Of a stretch of DNA of 64,000 nt, positions 59,959 through 64,000 are shown one piece after another (within the stretch, counting starts at the first letter, position 1; each line of letters opens with the position of its first letter). The notes under the pieces are model-generated. The model saw only the letters and a list, made by a program, of their open reading frames with translations, was not told where the DNA came from and made no database searches. This DNA comes from Candidatus Taylorbacteria bacterium RIFCSPHIGHO2_12_FULL_45_16 (GTDB taxonomy: Bacteria > Patescibacteriota > Minisyncoccia > Phycocordibacterales > PALSA-1337). The stretch lies in the NCBI GenBank assembly GCA_001821055.1, contig MHRT01000006.1, positions 8,572 through 72,571 of the forward strand. The letters run 5' to 3'. The position numbers were made by a program, and so were the translations under genes.

Positions 59959-60882
59959 TTACTTCTCTATGGCCAGATTATGCTTGGCGGCTCCTTCAGC
60001 ATATATTTGTTCGATTTCAGAAGTGGCAAGATTTCGATTATAGACCATGACATCGTCGATGAGACCATGGAACAGGTCATTTCCAGCATTACTCGATGAA
60101 CCAATAAATATCCCCCTCGGACTAATTGCTGGACTAAAACCATCACATCCAGACAGGGGTCCAAGCACCTTTCCATTAAGATACACTGTGCCAGCGTTTC
60201 CATTTATTGATACTGTAACATTGTACCACTTATTGATGACAACTGCATTCGAGAAAGTATAACTACATGAACCTGAATCAGAAGCTGAGTCAACATACAG
60301 CCCCCCATTTCGTAAGTCGATATAAAGATTACGATTACTTAACGCTGTAACGGCACTGCTTGACACTGCAAGTACGGCATCATAATTACTAATTGTTGTC
60401 GGTTTGATCCAGACACTGGCTGTTATGCTCGTCAAGGAAGTAGAAGTAAGCGGACTAAGTGGTGCAGCACGACCATAAGAAGCATACTGCAACGCAGTGC
60501 CATCTAAAACAAGTGAATTTCCCGAGCCTGAAGGCGAATCTGCCGGTGTTGGACGACAATAGGAAGGATTGACGCATCCGCTTCCCAATGTGGCGGTAAA
60601 ACCATTACCCGAGGTATCCAGAGCCGTCGTGCCGGGCGCTTCATTAAAATTATACGCCACAATGGCATCGGCTCCCAAAAGACGATGGTTATAGGTGGCA
60701 AACTTGATGCCGGCCCCGACAATCCCCTTCTGGCGCGCGCTTTGGAGAGAAGCAAATACCACGCTTGACAACATGCCGATGATGGAAATAACCACGAGAA
60801 GCTCTATCAAAGTAAAGGCGCGAGTATGGCCACGCGCGCCAAGTGTCTGGAGTGATACAGGCGAAAAGGAAGAAATCTTCAT
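59959..60882 (-). CDS. Type IV prepilin-like protein with LamG domain
   Basis: AFTLIELLVVISII, ITASVWIKP, FHGLIDDVMVYNRNL. Confidence 0.88.
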   Translation of the reverse strand: MKISSFSPVSLQTLGARGHTRAFTLIELLVVISIIGMLSSVVFASLQSARQKGIVGAGIKFATYNHRLLGADAIVAYNFNEAPGTTALDTSGNGFTATLGSGCVNPSYCRPTPADSPSGSGNSLVLDGTALQYASYGRAAPLSPLTSTSLTSITASVWIKPTTISNYDAVLAVSSSAVTALSNRNLYIDLRNGGLYVDSASDSGSCSYTFSNAVVINKWYNVTVSINGNAGTVYLNGKVLGPLSGCDGFSPAISPRGIFIGSSSNAGNDLFHGLIDDVMVYNRNLATSEIEQIYAEGAAKHNLAIEK

Positions 60883-60887
60883 AAAAA

Positions 60888-60995
60888 TTAGAGGAAATAA
60901 ATTATCATAATAAAAATCACCACTACGTTGGCAAGTGCCGAAGCGCCAAGGACAAGATAGACGGATGTTGGAAAACGCTGAGTCTGTGTCTTCAT
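60888..60995 (-). CDS. 35-aa membrane peptide
   Basis: MKTQTQRFP plus TM segment; ATGA overlap with the upstream ORF. Confidence 0.45.
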   Translation of the reverse strand: MKTQTQRFPTSVYLVLGASALANVVVIFIMIIYFL

Positions 60996-61237
60996 ATGAA
61001 GTATGTTATCACATAATAAGTGATCACGAGATTGACGACGACAACGGCTATCAACACTACTTGAGCGGCGGCAGGAGATTTGACTATACCCTTTCGCATC
61101 AGCCAAGCAACCATCTTTGGTTGTCTGGATGAACCAGAGGAAAAATTCCCGCCCGAAAAAGACGACCCCTGTTTGGCATACGGTGGACGACCGCCGTAAC
61201 TGGCTTTATCTTCATCAAATTCTACGCCTGAACTCAT
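60992..61237 (-). CDS. Small C-terminally anchored membrane protein
   Basis: MVAWLMRKGIVKS..AQVVLI plus TM segment. Confidence 0.65.
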   Translation of the reverse strand: MSSGVEFDEDKASYGGRPPYAKQGSSFSGGNFSSGSSRQPKMVAWLMRKGIVKSPAAAQVVLIAVVVVNLVITYYVITYFI

Positions 61238-61285
61238 TTTATTTTTATTAATTATCTATTTTTATTCTATAACACTATTATACAG

Positions 61286-62143
61286 TCAAACGCTGAATAT
61301 TTTAAGCTTTTCTTCCACGACCTTTTGCATGGCCAATTTGGCTGATTTCATATATTTGTACGGCGCCAGCTCATCCGGATTGTCCGAAAAGGCCTTCATA
61401 AGACCCAGACGATACGCCATGCGCAATTCCGTATTCACATGAACAATAGCTACCCCGGCTTTGATTGTGCCATGAATATCATCGGCTGAATTGCCGGAAG
61501 CGCCATGTAAAACAATAGGAATATTCGTCGCTTCGGAAATCTCCCGCACGCGACGAATATTAAGAGCCGGATCGCCTCCACGGATGATGCCATGAACATT
61601 ACCGACGGCGGGAGCAATCAAATCGATTTTTGTTTCCTCGACAAACTTAGCGGCAAGCTCCGGCTTCGTCATATTATCATCGCCAACAACTACGCCGTCT
61701 GGTATGGAGTCTAAAATCTTGGATGAGGTACCGATGAAACCAAGCTCTCCTTCAACCAAAACATCACTACCGGATTTTTTGGCGTATTCAACGCACTTTT
61801 TGGTGATTTTTATATTTTCTTCGAAAGAAAGCTTGGCACCGTCAAAAATCACCGAGTCAAAACCGGCATCTATCGCTTCCGTAACGCCTTTATACGAATA
61901 GGTATGATCGGCATTCAAGAATACCGGTTGTTTGTTTTGTTCCCTGAAGCTTTCCACTATTGCCACAATTTGGTGAACACCTATATAGTCACGCTCACCC
62001 TCCGATACACCAACAATGACAGGCAAGTTCAGTTCCTTGGCGGCGTCAGCAATAGCCCAGATACCATCAAGAGTAGAAACATTGAAATGGCCGATGGCAC
62101 GATGATTAGCGGCTGCTTTTGAAATATAGTCGCGTAAGCTCAT
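61286..62143 (-). CDS. fba: Class II fructose-bisphosphate aldolase
   Basis: AIGHFN, NADH, VEGELG, GNVHG, IVLHGASG; start MSLRDY. Confidence 0.92.
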   Translation of the reverse strand: MSLRDYISKAAANHRAIGHFNVSTLDGIWAIADAAKELNLPVIVGVSEGERDYIGVHQIVAIVESFREQNKQPVFLNADHTYSYKGVTEAIDAGFDSVIFDGAKLSFEENIKITKKCVEYAKKSGSDVLVEGELGFIGTSSKILDSIPDGVVVGDDNMTKPELAAKFVEETKIDLIAPAVGNVHGIIRGGDPALNIRRVREISEATNIPIVLHGASGNSADDIHGTIKAGVAIVHVNTELRMAYRLGLMKAFSDNPDELAPYKYMKSAKLAMQKVVEEKLKIFSV

Positions 62144-62208
62144 GGGGTAAGTATAGCACCCAGTACAACAATTCCACAAAGGAATCATCATAATGCTATA
62201 ATATCTCT

Positions 62209-63204
62209 ATGTTCCACAAGTCCATTGACCTTATTGCTATCGGCGATCTTGCCACTGACGCTTTCATCCGCCTAAAAGAAGCCGAAGTGCATTGCCGTCT
62301 TGATCACAATGCCTGCGAAATATGTCTGCCATACGGCGAAAAAATACCTTTTGAATACACTAAAGTCATTAAGGCCGTGGGCAACGCGGCCAACGCGGCC
62401 GTCGCCGGTACTCGCCTCGGTCTGCGTACGGCATTGGTTTCCAATATTGGTAACGATCAAAATGGGCATGAATGCATGAATGAACTGCAACATAATGGCG
62501 TCATCACCTCATATATACAAAAACATTCCAGAAAAGCAACAAATTATCATTTTGTGTTATGGTACGGAGCGGAAAGAACCATATTGGTCAATCATGTAAA
62601 TTATCAATATGACTTGCCGAAACTACCGGAGACGCGATGGGTCTATCTGACATCATTGGCCGACAACACATCCCACTACCACAATGCCATAACCGACTAT
62701 CTTGAGGCTTATCCGGAAATACGATTGGCTTTCCAACCCGGGACATTCCAGATGAAACTCGGTTTTGATGAGCTAAAGCGTATATACGCGCGTACCGATG
62801 TTTTCGTGGTGAATGTTGAGGAAGCTCAACATATGCTAAAAACCAACTCAAAAGACATAAAATTGCTCCTGAAGAAAATCCACGAGCAGGGACCAAAACT
62901 AGTCCTTGTGACTGACGGACCGAGAGGATCGTATATGTACGACGGCGACCACTCATACTTCATGCCAACATATCCTGATCCGAAGCCGCCGTTTGAGCGC
63001 ACCGGTTGCGGTGATGCTTTTGCTTCCACTTTTGTCTCCGCTCTTGCAGTGGGAAAATCACCACTTGAGGCCCTGATGTGGGCGCCAATCAATCCAATGT
63101 CTGTAGCTCAATTCGTGGGATCACAGGAAGGTCTGCTTACTAGAGAACAATTGGAATGGTGGCTAAAAAAAGCGCCGGAGGGTTACCGAGTGAAAGAGAT
63201 CTAG
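62209..63204 (+). CDS. PfkB-family carbohydrate kinase
   Basis: GNAANAA, VTDGPRG, ERTGCGDAF. Confidence 0.9.
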   Translation: MFHKSIDLIAIGDLATDAFIRLKEAEVHCRLDHNACEICLPYGEKIPFEYTKVIKAVGNAANAAVAGTRLGLRTALVSNIGNDQNGHECMNELQHNGVITSYIQKHSRKATNYHFVLWYGAERTILVNHVNYQYDLPKLPETRWVYLTSLADNTSHYHNAITDYLEAYPEIRLAFQPGTFQMKLGFDELKRIYARTDVFVVNVEEAQHMLKTNSKDIKLLLKKIHEQGPKLVLVTDGPRGSYMYDGDHSYFMPTYPDPKPPFERTGCGDAFASTFVSALAVGKSPLEALMWAPINPMSVAQFVGSQEGLLTREQLEWWLKKAPEGYRVKEI

Positions 63205-63252
63205 AAAACAACGAGTAAATCTCAATAATACAATAACCATCACTATACTTGA

Positions 63253-64000
63253 TCACTGACAGTTGGAAATTTGGCCGTCCCTAAATTCTCGCCACTTGCC
63301 ATCAACAATCGCATTTCTAGCGTCTTTCGCCAAATGCACCAAAAAATACAAGTTGTGGATGGAGGTAAGTGTCGCCGCCAACATTTCCTTGGCCCTAAAA
63401 AGATGGGCAATGTAGGCTCTTGTGTAATTGACGCATGTATAACATCCGCAATCTTCTTCTATTGGTCCAAAATCATCGGTAAATTGGGCGTTGGTCAAAT
63501 TGAGACGACCAGTCTTTATTTTCTGCGGGACCTGACCAAATGAGATCTTTTTCGTGTAGGCGGCACCATTGCGCGCAATACGAGTCGGCGTGACGCAATC
63601 AAAAGTATCGACGCCATTTTCAATGCCCAAAATCAGATCAATCGGCTCGCCGATGCCAAGCAAGTGTCGCGGTTTATTTTCTGGCAACTCTTCGCAAACC
63701 CAACCAACGGCGGTACCGATATCTTCCTTGTCAAACGATCCGCCGATGCCAAAACCTTCAAAATCCATAGAACCGATGGTCCGAGCGCTTTGGCGACGCA
63801 AATCTTCATGACGACCGCCTTGGACTATACCAAATAGAGCTGGTACAAAAAGCAGAGTTTTTTTGGACACGCCGTCAACCTCTGGTGAAGTTGCGACTGA
63901 TTCCCACTCGCCATCGCTTTCTCCGAAGCGTCCAAAAGACTCTATTGCCTTACCTGCTTTATGTCTCACCAGACACCGCTTAGCCCATCTATGCGTCCTC
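63253..64000 (-). CDS. tgt: tRNA-guanine transglycosylase (3' part; 5' end lies beyond the window)
   Basis: LFGIVQGG, PRHLLGIG, DTFDCVTPTR, CGCYTC, HNL. Confidence 0.95.
   Translation of the reverse strand, partial: RTHRWAKRCLVRHKAGKAIESFGRFGESDGEWESVATSPEVDGVSKKTLLFVPALFGIVQGGRHEDLRRQSARTIGSMDFEGFGIGGSFDKEDIGTAVGWVCEELPENKPRHLLGIGEPIDLILGIENGVDTFDCVTPTRIARNGAAYTKKISFGQVPQKIKTGRLNLTNAQFTDDFGPIEEDCGCYTCVNYTRAYIAHLFRAKEMLAATLTSIHNLYFLVHLAKDARNAIVDGKWREFRDGQISNCQ

Overview
This window looks like chromosomal DNA from a small-genome Patescibacteria/CPR (Parcubacteria-like) bacterium. That assignment is inferred from the gene set, the VirB2-like pilin array, the short SMC and the NusB-Nudix fusion; no marker search was run. 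Positions 1-14.2 kb hold a branched-chain amino-acid ABC (liv) locus with five LivK paralogues. Its core genes (livH, livM, livG, livF) are separated by inserted accessory modules: a four-helix-bundle gene flanked by inverted short-repeat arrays, rhuM, a pRiA4b-ORF3-like gene, a DUF6922/AbiEii-type toxin-antitoxin pair, a TrmB-like regulator, and a small putative RelE/colicin-fold nuclease facing a convergent tRNA-like ncRNA that has its own promoter and terminator. The rest is mostly housekeeping: dnaX, dus, serS, dprA, topA, parB, miaA, rarA, rpmG, alr, clpB, smc, rnc, nusB, rpmF, groEL/ES, secG, rnj, rplY, fba, a PfkB kinase and tgt. It also carries six tRNAs, a probable 6S RNA next to rarA, two tRNA-adjacent islets of orphan genes and five tandem pilins. 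The best candidates for new biology are the nuclease/tRNA-mimic RNA pair (3.2-3.8 kb), the IVS-like four-helix-bundle unit with related 'empty' repeat sites, and pervasive TANNNT-N6-ATG (leaderless) gene starts. All family names come from motif recognition by eye, not from database searches.
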